From the IMG/VR virus record IMGVR_UViG_3300012200_000006, positions 1-57,382 of that record: DNA of 57,382 bases. One strand, 5' to 3'. Position 1 is the stretch's first letter; each line of letters starts with the position of its first letter. The notes beneath the pieces are model-generated. The model worked only from the letters and a program-made list of their open reading frames with translations. It ran no database searches and had not been told where the DNA came from. The stretch is from a virus (lineage: Duplodnaviria; Caudoviricetes). A program made the position numbers and the translations under genes. Below are positions 17,504 to 26,477 of the stretch, piece after piece.

Positions 17504-17782
17504 ATGCCCGTCTACGTAGGCGTACCGATGTGGCCATACGGAAGAATGATTATGTGCCATATGTTCGCAACAACGAACGAAGAACTGGAACAAATGAGAC
17601 GCAAACTCAGACTCAGGAAAGATTGGGAACAGAAGCCAAGAGAGAGTATCGGCCCACACTACGACATCGCTAAAAGCAAACGAGCAGAAGCAATCAGTCT
17701 AGGAGCGATCCCTTGCGACACAATCGCAGACGAAGTAAGAGCCTTCGAGGAAGTAGAGGAGGCCCGACATGAACAGAAATAA
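17504..17782 (+). CDS. DUF4031-family protein
   Basis: VYV....PYGRMIMCHM.A....EL.....L.L...W.Q......PHYDI.KSKRA.AI.LGA; TAAGGA SD. Confidence 0.75.
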   Translation: MPVYVGVPMWPYGRMIMCHMFATTNEELEQMRRKLRLRKDWEQKPRESIGPHYDIAKSKRAEAISLGAIPCDTIADEVRAFEEVEEARHEQK

Positions 17783-18122
17783 ACCACTATTAGTTATACG
17801 AAGCCGTCGATGCCCACATAGGATTCGAGTAGGCCCACTCGATGATTACGGAGTTGAGGCTGATCATCCAGTACAATCAACATATTGCGATGAATGCCGA
17901 AGATTGTGGATTGCAGGTATCCATCCTGCGCAAATATTCAGGAGTCCGGCATGAGTAAGAGATTCAACGAGCTTTCATCCGATGAACAGATAGCGAGACT
18001 CCGCAATGTGATAGAAGTTCTCGCGAGTTGGCTTCTTTATGCACAAACAGGATTCGGTGATCAAGATGTCAAAGGAATTCATAATCTCATCGAATACGGT
18101 ACAGTTACGGTAAAGGTAGAAG

Positions 18123-18389
18123 ATGAGTAATTGCATCTGCAATCCACCGATACTATCACTCGATTGCCCAGTACACGGAAAGGACGTTGCTGATCTCGTC
18201 ATAAAAGCCATTGATCAGGGTCACGTAATTCAGGAGCAACCACCGGGGCGTTGCGAGCTTTGCGGTGCCATCGAGGAGACTCGCCCTTACGGGCCAAATG
18301 AAGAGGAAGTTTGCTTCGATTGTGGTATGAAAGATGAAGCAGCGACTCGTCGCGCATTCGAGCGACGATTTGGAATAACAAATGAGTGA
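18123..18389 (+). CDS. Small Zn-binding phage protein
   Basis: CELCG..EETRPYGPN.EEVCFDCG. Confidence 0.65.
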   Translation: MSNCICNPPILSLDCPVHGKDVADLVIKAIDQGHVIQEQPPGRCELCGAIEETRPYGPNEEEVCFDCGMKDEAATRRAFERRFGITNE

Positions 18390-18651
18390 ACCTAAAGGCC
18401 CACTAAACGCCGACTACTACCGTGAAATCTGGGAAGAGGAACGGAAGCATAACCGAACACTCAGAGATGAAATCGTGGAGCTAAAGAAGAAACTAGCCCG
18501 TGCGAGATTCCTCGCCGAACATCTGTTCCAAATGGTCGATCCACAAACATGGCGCGATAGTGGAGGAGATGATGGGCAAGGTCACTACGAAGGCGAGTAT
18601 GCTGCTGCCCGTCTCGAAGAAGAAATCCAATCCTGGAAAAAGGAAACATGA
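18382..18651 (+). CDS. Hypothetical protein
   Basis: Operon packing; coiled coil. Confidence 0.65.
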   Translation: MSEPKGPLNADYYREIWEEERKHNRTLRDEIVELKKKLARARFLAEHLFQMVDPQTWRDSGGDDGQGHYEGEYAAARLEEEIQSWKKET

Positions 18652-18923
18652 CACAAGAGGATGCACTCAAATTCGCATTTGCACTAGATGGACTCATCCG
18701 CTCTCGGACAAAAGGAGATGGTGGCGAAGAGTATGCAAGAAAGTGCATCAGAGGAATCGCCGAAGCCCTAACAGACAAGGAAGATCCTACCGAACAGCTA
18801 GAGAAGAAGCTCGAAACGCTAGCGATTCTTGCAAAGAGAGCTAAGAATGCTTCTGCTGCACCCGACTACGACGAAGAAGCAATCCGAGATGCACTTTGGG
18901 CACTTGTCCGTGCTGCTGAATGA
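18648..18923 (+). CDS. Hypothetical protein
   Basis: AAAGGA SD; ATGA coupling. Confidence 0.65.
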   Translation: MTQEDALKFAFALDGLIRSRTKGDGGEEYARKCIRGIAEALTDKEDPTEQLEKKLETLAILAKRAKNASAAPDYDEEAIRDALWALVRAAE

Positions 18924-19552
18924 ACACTAGACTAGTCAGCATAACTCCAAATCCTGAGTTGTTGATTCTGTATTGCGCGAGGGTTTCCGCGGATCAGAGT
19001 AATCAATCAACAGGACTGATCAAATACTTGATCAGACACAAGCATTGGTCACCTTTCGAGATGGCTCATGCGGTAATGGAAATTCAGACTAGCAGAATCA
19101 TCGCGGTTCAACTACTGCGCCACAGGTCTTTTAGCTTTCAAGAAGCAAGTCAGCGTTACGTCGGTGCCACGGCTTCCTTCGAGTTGGCTAAGGCTAGACG
19201 GCAAGCAGAGAAGAATCGTCAGTCATCGATTGATGATCTACCAGATGAAGTTCTGGACTGGTTCGATGAAGCTCAACGTTCTGTCTGGAATTTTACAACG
19301 AATCTCTACAACCAAGCAAAAGGTAGAGATATCGCGAGGGAATCTGCAAGGTTCCTTCTCCCCGGAAGTGCAAGGACGAAGCTCTACATGGCAGGCTCAA
19401 TTCGATCCTGGATTCACTACATTGAACTCCGATGTGGAGAAGATGTCCAGGAGGAACACAGAGCTATCGCTATGCAGATCAAGAAAATTCTAGCCAAGGA
19501 ACTGCCCGTGATAGCAGAAGCGATGGAATGGGATACGAGTCAACCAACGTAG
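18920..19552 (+). CDS. thyX: FAD-dependent thymidylate synthase
   Basis: HWSPFEM, QLLRHRSFSFQEASQRY, ARESARFLLP, RSWIHYIELR. Confidence 0.95.
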   Translation: MNTRLVSITPNPELLILYCARVSADQSNQSTGLIKYLIRHKHWSPFEMAHAVMEIQTSRIIAVQLLRHRSFSFQEASQRYVGATASFELAKARRQAEKNRQSSIDDLPDEVLDWFDEAQRSVWNFTTNLYNQAKGRDIARESARFLLPGSARTKLYMAGSIRSWIHYIELRCGEDVQEEHRAIAMQIKKILAKELPVIAEAMEWDTSQPT

Positions 19553-19833
19553 ACTGCTCAGAGATTAAGCCCTACGTCACTGAGCTTATTCTACGTTGTG
19601 GTAGCCCTGAGAAGGCATCCGACTACTGTGGTGTCGGGACTTCGACGCTCTACAGAATCCGCCACAGTTACCATTGTACGATGCAGCATAAGACGGCGGC
19701 GATGATTTTCGCTGCACTTGTCCGAAAACGCAAAGAAGATCGGCAGAATAAGAAAATCAGTGAAGAACTACTAAAAACGAAACGAGAACAGGCAATTCGA
19801 GAGGATCGCATCGGGCGACTGGCAGGTTATTGA
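19528..19833 (+). CDS. HTH-like protein
   Basis: SPEKASDYCGVGTSTLYRI. Confidence 0.55.
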   Translation: MGYESTNVDCSEIKPYVTELILRCGSPEKASDYCGVGTSTLYRIRHSYHCTMQHKTAAMIFAALVRKRKEDRQNKKISEELLKTKREQAIREDRIGRLAGY

Positions 19834-19836
19834 TAG

Positions 19837-19865
19837 TTGACATAGCCGCTCAAGTCTGATAGTGT
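19837..19865 (+). promoter_or_regulatory. sigma70-type promoter of the recombination/replication operon
   Basis: TTGACA-17-TAGTGT with extended TG. Confidence 0.75.
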
Positions 19866-19894
19866 TAATCCCTCGAAAGCCTACGGGAGATTGC

Positions 19895-21184
19895 ATGAAA
19901 ATTGAAGATGGTCTGCGGGGATTTGGGAAACTTCCCGAAGCACCCGACAAACTCAGCATAATTCCGATCCACGCCTCGGATCGGGGAACATTCAAGAAAT
20001 GCCGTAGACGTTGGCATTGGTCAAGCCCCATGCGCGAGAATCTTGTACCTCGCGCAGAACTCGGCGGCATCTACCTACCTCTGTGGTTTGGCTCCGGTGT
20101 CCATTGGGCACTCGCGAGATACTACGATCCTTTCCTAAAGCGTGATCCCGTCGAGACATTCAAGACCTGGTGGGAACTGCAATGGAATGGTGGTGTCACT
20201 ACAGAGGAATGGTTGCCTACCCTATATGATCGTAGTCCTAGAATCTTAGCAGTAACGAACGTACCTGAACTAGCACTCGATGAGCATACAGCTTTAGTCG
20301 ATAGTCCGGTACAGGCATACAAGGTACGCGGTCTAAAGGACATCATCGGGGATCTACAGCAGGAAGAATTCGAGGAACATCGCGACCTCGGAATCGGAAT
20401 GCTGACGTTCTACAAGCAGTATGCAGCAGAGCGCGACAACTTCAATGTTATCGTTGCTGAACATACGTTCTCGGTTCCAGTACGGAATCCTGATACCGGA
20501 GAGATACTGACTTGGGTAGATCATCGTGATGGTCAGGTTAAAGAAGTCCATCTCAGAGGAACTGAGGATGCTATCGTCCAAGATCGGGAATCAGGACGAT
20601 ACGGAATTCTAGAACACAAGACAGCAGCGAAGATTGACGAGGACTACTTCGCGAAGCTCGATAAGGATGAGCAATGCTCAACCTATATGTATGCAGGTCA
20701 GCGAGAAGCTGAGCATTACGACCTGCCATTTAGGAAGATCGACTTCGTGATCTACAACGCTCTCAGGAAGGCTTACCCAAAGCCGCCTACTGAGCTAAAG
20801 AACGGCATGTTCTCGATTGACCGCGCGAAGGAATCCACGACAGTCGAGATGCTCGAAGAGTTCATCGAAGATCGAGGCATCGGGATAATCGTGGAGATGG
20901 ATCAGAAGCTAAAGAATTACGTCGATTACGTCAGGGAGGCAGGTTACGAGCAATTCGTCCAACGTGACCTAGTACACCGCAATCAGAACGAGATTACCTC
21001 TGTGGAAGTGCGGCTCTACTGGGAAGTCATCGATATGCTGAGCGATCCCAAGCTCTACCCGAATCCCACAGGGGAATGGAGTTGCCTCCGCTGTCCCTTC
21101 CGTGCTCCTTGCATCGCTGTAGATGATGGCAGCGATTGGCAAATGATGATCGAAGAGGAATACGAAAAGAACTGGAGCCGATAA
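19895..21184 (+). CDS. Cas4-like / PD-(D/E)xK exonuclease
   Basis: FKKCRRRW, FGSGVH, RGTEDAIV...ILEHKT, QCSTY, C-terminal CxxCPFRAPC. Confidence 0.85.
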   Translation: MKIEDGLRGFGKLPEAPDKLSIIPIHASDRGTFKKCRRRWHWSSPMRENLVPRAELGGIYLPLWFGSGVHWALARYYDPFLKRDPVETFKTWWELQWNGGVTTEEWLPTLYDRSPRILAVTNVPELALDEHTALVDSPVQAYKVRGLKDIIGDLQQEEFEEHRDLGIGMLTFYKQYAAERDNFNVIVAEHTFSVPVRNPDTGEILTWVDHRDGQVKEVHLRGTEDAIVQDRESGRYGILEHKTAAKIDEDYFAKLDKDEQCSTYMYAGQREAEHYDLPFRKIDFVIYNALRKAYPKPPTELKNGMFSIDRAKESTTVEMLEEFIEDRGIGIIVEMDQKLKNYVDYVREAGYEQFVQRDLVHRNQNEITSVEVRLYWEVIDMLSDPKLYPNPTGEWSCLRCPFRAPCIAVDDGSDWQMMIEEEYEKNWSR

Positions 21185-21185
21185 C

Positions 21186-21416
21186 ATGACAACACAATTC
21201 TACGAATACGAAGGTAGTAGCGTCTACGTCTGTGAGAATTGCATGCAAGATGACCTGAAGAAAACAAGAGAAGGGAAACTCGTAGAAGACGAGGCAGTAA
21301 CTCCAAACATGGTGAAGAGACTACCCGATCCCGAGCACAACGCCTATCAATGCGACGGTTGCCTCGCACAGTCCGAAGGATATGACGAAATGATCGACGA
21401 GTACGACGATGTATAA
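21186..21416 (+). CDS. Small Zn-binding protein
   Basis: CENC...CDGC. Confidence 0.6.
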   Translation: MTTQFYEYEGSSVYVCENCMQDDLKKTREGKLVEDEAVTPNMVKRLPDPEHNAYQCDGCLAQSEGYDEMIDEYDDV

Positions 21417-21571
21417 CAGATTCAATCTTGATCTGGTGGATTGGGAAAAGATCAAGACAGTCGCAGAGATGGTGGAAGCTCGCACGATGAAGCGGAGTGA
21501 TCTAGAATTCGGCCCGTTGAAGGTAACGATCTACGACATTCCAGGGCAGAACACTCTTCGCGTCGACTTCC

Positions 21572-21886
21572 ATGTCGAAAATGACTAACGTGGAAGATGA
21601 ACTTACACTAGACGAAATCGAAGCATTAACTAAACCAACACCGGAACCACCACCACAGTTCAAGTCAAGATATGAACCTCCAAAGCAATTCGGGCCTTTA
21701 CGTCATTTCGACCAGGAAATGCGTTGTGCATCGAGGGGATGCGGAAGCTCAACGTATCACAAGGTAAAGGGCATACCGTACTGCATGATCCACGCGATGC
21801 AGGAACTCAACGTTATGGTCGTGAAACTGGAGCAAACACTTGACAGCAAGAATCGACACGCTACAGAGCAAGACTCGCAAACCTGA
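21572..21886 (+). CDS. Small Zn-binding protein with DELTLDEIEAL tag (start may be 21581)
   Basis: Tag, Pro-rich linker, CxxxxC...CxxH. Confidence 0.7.
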   Translation: MSKMTNVEDELTLDEIEALTKPTPEPPPQFKSRYEPPKQFGPLRHFDQEMRCASRGCGSSTYHKVKGIPYCMIHAMQELNVMVVKLEQTLDSKNRHATEQDSQT

Positions 21887-22607
21887 ACTCAGTCCATATC
21901 TTAGTACCTTCTTGTATGGAGATTCAGGTGTAGGTAAGACGTACTTCTGTGGTACGGCTGCTGATCACGTCTTTACAGGGCCAGTCTTGATCATCGATTG
22001 TGAAGGTGGAACTGCAACTCTGAGGCATCGACAAGAGAACGTCGATATCATCAGAGTCAAGACGATCAAAGAGATCGATGAGATACATGAGGCACTCTTC
22101 TTCGCAAAGCCTGAAGAATTGAGGTGGAAAACGGTAGCCCTCGATTCCCTCTCTGAGATTCAGGACATTGATATGCGATTCATCATGCGGCTCACGAAGC
22201 AACACGATGATACGCGCGACGAAGAAGTGCCTGCCCCTCGTGAATGGGGCAAGTCTCGTACACACATGCGTACTTTGATCCGTGCATTCCGAGACTTACC
22301 GATGCACACGATCGTTACAAGCCTTGCTAATGAGAAGGAGGAAGAAGGGAGGCCCACACGAATCATTCCTAACCTTAGCGGCAAGGTAGCGAAGGAAGTC
22401 CCCGGATTCGTCGGGGTTGTCGGGTATTACTACAAGCACAAGACAGGAGACAGAATACTACAACTAGACTCAACTCCGAAAGTTCCATTTTGCAAGACAC
22501 GATTCCCGGAACTAGGACAGATGATCACCAATCCAACGTTCCCTCAGATTTACGAAACGATCTACAACTCAGGAGGATCAAACGGAAATGTCGCCAGAAC
22601 CGCTTAA
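21840..22607 (+). CDS. Sak4-like (AAA_24) ssDNA-annealing ATPase
   Basis: LYGDSGVGKT, IDCEGG, VALDSLSE, REWG; sits between exonuclease and SSB. Confidence 0.85.
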   Translation: MTARIDTLQSKTRKPELSPYLSTFLYGDSGVGKTYFCGTAADHVFTGPVLIIDCEGGTATLRHRQENVDIIRVKTIKEIDEIHEALFFAKPEELRWKTVALDSLSEIQDIDMRFIMRLTKQHDDTRDEEVPAPREWGKSRTHMRTLIRAFRDLPMHTIVTSLANEKEEEGRPTRIIPNLSGKVAKEVPGFVGVVGYYYKHKTGDRILQLDSTPKVPFCKTRFPELGQMITNPTFPQIYETIYNSGGSNGNVARTA

Positions 22608-23106
22608 CCTTACAGAGTGGGAAGAGGTTTCCTACGAGGCAGTCCCGACCGGCAAGTATTGGTTCGAGATTATGGACGCCGAGGAGCGCGAGACGGCAGG
22701 GGGAGAAGGTGCAAAGCTCCCCAAGGGTACGCCGATGCTTTGGGTACATCTGCGCCTTACCGGACGTGTCGGTGAGGATTCTGGCCCTGATGAGGATTCG
22801 GCCTACTACAACAAGCGTGTCTTCAGCAACATGGTTGTTCCTCCGGCTGACTACGATCCGAAGAAGAGGAAGATGATGAACGGTAGACTCGTCAACTTCT
22901 TCAAGGCCGTGGGGTATACCGAGGAAGAGATCACTTCCGGCGATTGGGAGCCTGATTACGACGAACTGTACGAGCGCACAGGCGTCGTTCAGATTCGCAA
23001 GGAAAAGGACAAGCGGGATTCGTCTGGACAGACTTTTGCCAACTCAGTCCAGTCATTCTTCCCGATGGAGTCTGTGGATTCCAACGCTACACCTGGACTC
23101 ATCTAG
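22588..23106 (+). CDS. Single-stranded DNA-binding protein (DUF669/gp2.5-like)
   Basis: YEAVPTGKY..EI.DAE motif; position after Sak4. Confidence 0.75.
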   Translation: MSPEPLNLTEWEEVSYEAVPTGKYWFEIMDAEERETAGGEGAKLPKGTPMLWVHLRLTGRVGEDSGPDEDSAYYNKRVFSNMVVPPADYDPKKRKMMNGRLVNFFKAVGYTEEEITSGDWEPDYDELYERTGVVQIRKEKDKRDSSGQTFANSVQSFFPMESVDSNATPGLI

Positions 23107-23110
23107 TTAG

Positions 23111-23395
23111 ATGCACCCAGTAATGTATGCACTACGGCATCATGCAAGTTCTCTGGAACCTTTGGCAATGGAACTCTTCGCTGCCATAACTCTGAAACTG
23201 CCCGAATCGAAGTGGGGTACGCGGCGTGGCGGTGCGAATAGCAATTATATCGTAATGCCAGATGGTCGCAGATTCTACTTCAAGGGTATTCTACGTCCGG
23301 ATCTTGGCATCGAAGTCAGAACCAAGATCCAAAGCCCAGCCTTCACGAAGTTCACTACACGTAGTCAAATCTGGGCATGGGTGGAGAATCCCTGA
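23111..23395 (+). CDS. Hypothetical protein
   Basis: Between SSB and the terminator. Confidence 0.5.
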   Translation: MHPVMYALRHHASSLEPLAMELFAAITLKLPESKWGTRRGGANSNYIVMPDGRRFYFKGILRPDLGIEVRTKIQSPAFTKFTTRSQIWAWVENP

Positions 23396-23410
23396 TTTGA
23401 GCTAGATAAT

Positions 23411-23441
23411 AGGGGGAGAGGCTAGACCTCTCCCCCTTTTT
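23411..23441 (+). terminator. Intrinsic terminator
   Basis: AGGGGGAGAGG-CTAGA-CCTCTCCCCCT-TTTT. Confidence 0.8.
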
Positions 23442-23443
23442 CT

Positions 23444-25615
23444 ATGTCGGCAACAGAAAAAGAACTCCTAACAGGTTTCTTCTCTTGGCTTTTTCAAGAC
23501 CAAGAGGGTTACCTGTGCCTTGCTACAGCAGATCCAGATAAATCGAATTTCCAGCAGAAGTTCTTTGTTTGGCCGTCCGAAGGTTCCCGTGTTGAGGATT
23601 TCCTCCACGAGAATGGAAAACGAAAGAACTGCTGGTTTTGCGTCAATCTTCTCAATGCACGCGAGCGACACAAAGAACATTGCCTCCCTTGCAACTACGT
23701 TTGGGCAGACCTTGATACAGCATCACCGGCTGACATTAATCCGCCGCCAACATTCACGATCTTGTCTAGCCCTGGACGATATCAAGCCCTGTGGCGCTTG
23801 GAAAAGAAGGTACCGGCGCATATTGCAGAGGATTACTCGAAGCGGATAGCATACCTCTATAATGAGAATGGAGCCGACAAGAGCGGTTGGGATCTTACGC
23901 AACTTCTGCGAGTTCCCATGACTACCAACTTTAAGTACGAGGGAAGACCCACAGTTCTCGCACTTCCGCCGAAGATCGGTGCTATCTCAATCAGTACCTT
24001 CGAGGATATCCCGCAACCCGAGACAACTAAATCAGAGGTCGGAGAAATCCCCGATGATCTGCCAGACTCCGAGGAAGTTCTCGTAAAGTACCAGGAGTAC
24101 CTGGATGCGAGCTTCTTTACGATACACGATCTAGAACCAGCCGAAGATTGGTCTGGAAAGATGTGGGCACTTCTGCGTATGGCAGCAGAAGCTGGAATGG
24201 GTAGAGAAGAAATGATGGCTGTTGGACTAACGGCCAAGTGCAATAAGTACGAGCGGGATAATCGACCTATTCGACATCTTTGGGCAGAAGTCGAAAAGGC
24301 TCACGGTATTTCGGATCACATGGCAAGTATCGCGGCGCGTGTCGATCCGTTGATGATCCCCGACCTCATTCCACCGAATGTCGAATACACCGAGACATTC
24401 ATAGACAGATATCTGCATTGGGCGGAACAAGCCACAGATGCTACACCTGTCTACCATGAACTCTCTGCGGCAATTCTCCTTTCTGCGGTTTTGGCAGAAC
24501 ACGTCGAGTTTAAGCCATCTTACGCGCCACAGGGAATGTCTCCGAATCTGTGGGGACTGGTTCTCGGAGAGTCAACACTGACTCGCAAGACTACGGCTAT
24601 GGAAATGGCAATCCACATGCTTAGCGAAGTCGATCCCGAAGCTTTGCTAGCAACCGACGGGTCTGTAGAAGGAATCCTCAGTTCAGTCTCTACTAGACCA
24701 GGAAGGGTAGGAGTATTCTATCGAGATGAAATCTCAGGACTCTTGGACGGAATCAATAAAAGAGACTACCTCGGGGCAATGCCAGAAGCATTTACCAAAC
24801 TCTACGATGGAAGCACCCAAAAGCGAGTGCTCCGCAAAGAGGAAATTATCGTCCGTCGTCCAGTGTTCATATTCTTTGGGGGTGGTATCCGCGAAAAGAC
24901 GTACTCGCTCCTGTCAGAGCAGTATGTTACTAGCGGATTCTTACCAAGATTCTTGGTCGTATCGGGAGATAACGACCTATCCAGAATCAGACCTACAGGC
25001 CCACCACAGGTAATCGGAGTAAGTGAACGCGAGAGGCTATTGAACCATCTAAGGGACTTGAAGGAAGCGTACATGGCGGGACAATACATGAGGATCGCCG
25101 GACAAGCAATTGATCTTGGTAGTACAGGCGATGCTCCGCGTAAAGAAGCGATACTCTCGCCCGATGCTTGGACACTCAACGCTGAAATCGAGATGAAGAT
25201 GGTACACACGGCGGCGAATCACTACAGTTCTGACCGCGCTCTCCCTACCTTCGAGAGATTGTCTCGTAGTATAACGAAACTCGCGATTCTCTTGGCCGCA
25301 TCGAGACAGACCGATCCCGGTGGTTTCTTCCCTGTAGAAGTAGAAGACATCGTTAACGCCGCACGATTCGTCAAGAAGTGGGGTCAGTATTCTATCAGCC
25401 TCATCTTCGCAGTAGGACGGACAGACGAAATGAGGTTGATGGATAAAGTCCGAATCATGGTCGCACGTCGCCCAGGTATCTACAGATCGGATATCATGCG
25501 GGCGCATCATCTGACCTCACGCCAGGTTTCGGAAACAATGCAAACATTGATCGATCGCGGAGAGGTCGTAAGGAAACGTCAAGGACGTAGCGAGCAGTAT
25601 TGGCTCGCCAACTAG
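23444..25615 (+). CDS. RepB-like primase fused to a DUF3987-type helicase domain
   Basis: WADLD, SSPGRYQALW, ADKSGWDLTQLLRVP.T.N.KY; C-terminal LVLGESTLTRKTT, RDEISG, SGFLPRF. Confidence 0.85.
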   Translation: MSATEKELLTGFFSWLFQDQEGYLCLATADPDKSNFQQKFFVWPSEGSRVEDFLHENGKRKNCWFCVNLLNARERHKEHCLPCNYVWADLDTASPADINPPPTFTILSSPGRYQALWRLEKKVPAHIAEDYSKRIAYLYNENGADKSGWDLTQLLRVPMTTNFKYEGRPTVLALPPKIGAISISTFEDIPQPETTKSEVGEIPDDLPDSEEVLVKYQEYLDASFFTIHDLEPAEDWSGKMWALLRMAAEAGMGREEMMAVGLTAKCNKYERDNRPIRHLWAEVEKAHGISDHMASIAARVDPLMIPDLIPPNVEYTETFIDRYLHWAEQATDATPVYHELSAAILLSAVLAEHVEFKPSYAPQGMSPNLWGLVLGESTLTRKTTAMEMAIHMLSEVDPEALLATDGSVEGILSSVSTRPGRVGVFYRDEISGLLDGINKRDYLGAMPEAFTKLYDGSTQKRVLRKEEIIVRRPVFIFFGGGIREKTYSLLSEQYVTSGFLPRFLVVSGDNDLSRIRPTGPPQVIGVSERERLLNHLRDLKEAYMAGQYMRIAGQAIDLGSTGDAPRKEAILSPDAWTLNAEIEMKMVHTAANHYSSDRALPTFERLSRSITKLAILLAASRQTDPGGFFPVEVEDIVNAARFVKKWGQYSISLIFAVGRTDEMRLMDKVRIMVARRPGIYRSDIMRAHHLTSRQVSETMQTLIDRGEVVRKRQGRSEQYWLAN

Positions 25616-25624
25616 GAGGAACGA

Positions 25625-25948
25625 ATGTCCGAGATTGATTTCTTAAACAAAGAGCGCGAACTCAATCTACAATTAGAGAAAGAGCTAGAAAAATGGAAGA
25701 AGATGGAAGTCCACCCGATGCAAGCTATCGGTGTAGATGTCATCCTTCTCGACGCAAGATTCCATGCACTCATTGATATGCTCAGCGAAGCCGGAATGAT
25801 CGACAAAAACGAACACCATCTTCGCTCACTCCGAGGACTACTGAGAGTTCTGAGTGAATGGCGTTCAGAACTCGAAATACAAGTAGAAAAAGCCAAGAAA
25901 GCCAGGTTGAATCGCATCTACGGTCAAGGCGGAAAGAAACTCCACTAA
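25625..25948 (+). CDS. Hypothetical protein
   Basis: AGGAGG SD. Confidence 0.7.
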   Translation: MSEIDFLNKERELNLQLEKELEKWKKMEVHPMQAIGVDVILLDARFHALIDMLSEAGMIDKNEHHLRSLRGLLRVLSEWRSELEIQVEKAKKARLNRIYGQGGKKLH

Positions 25949-26231
25949 TGGGAATTTGGATTGTAGAAGAATTAGCATGCCCCGCGTGTGAAGACGGCTA
26001 CATTTGTCTTCATGGTGATGGTTGCCTATTGGACGAGATGGCTGCCCGTGCTGCTTTTGAACTTGCTGTTCTTGATCTTCTAGCCCTAGCATTTCTTTTG
26101 GATCGTCAAAGAACAGTCCATCCGGAGCATAATGGTCATGAATGAGCTTCCACGCATCCAAGCCGAATTTCGGTCGAAATGCGCTACCTGTGGTGAATGG
26201 ATAGAAGAAGGGGATTGGATCGTCAAGAACG

Positions 26232-26477
26232 ATGACGAAGAGTGGATTCACGAAGAGTGCAATGAGTGACGAACATCAACTAAAATGTGATATAGAGCGT
26301 GAAGATGCTGTAATAAAGGCGATGAAACGCGATTATGTTTCAGGCCGTTGGACACTAGAACAACTAGAAAAACTGATCGAGAACCGTTTACAAGGTCGAA
26401 CTCCGGTTGATGCAGAAGGATGGCCGCTCTACTATGAACCATCTCTACTCGACGGAACAGAGATGTTCGCACCATGA
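26232..26477 (+). CDS. Hypothetical protein (start probably near 26262)
   Basis: ATGA coupling to the polymerase. Confidence 0.55.
   Translation: MTKSGFTKSAMSDEHQLKCDIEREDAVIKAMKRDYVSGRWTLEQLEKLIENRLQGRTPVDAEGWPLYYEPSLLDGTEMFAP

Noticed and set aside
816-19890. Recurrent (CT/CA/AA)ACGGGAG(G) motif
   Set aside because: Nearly always lies just upstream of start codons, so it is best explained as an extended Shine-Dalgarno; the match to a 16S primer sequence is coincidental.
20266-20298. ELALDEHTAL in the Cas4-like protein (and NELSSDEQIA near 17965) as further tag copies
   Set aside because: Each breaks key positions (N-cap or the conserved Leu/Ile spacing); too weak to count without statistics.
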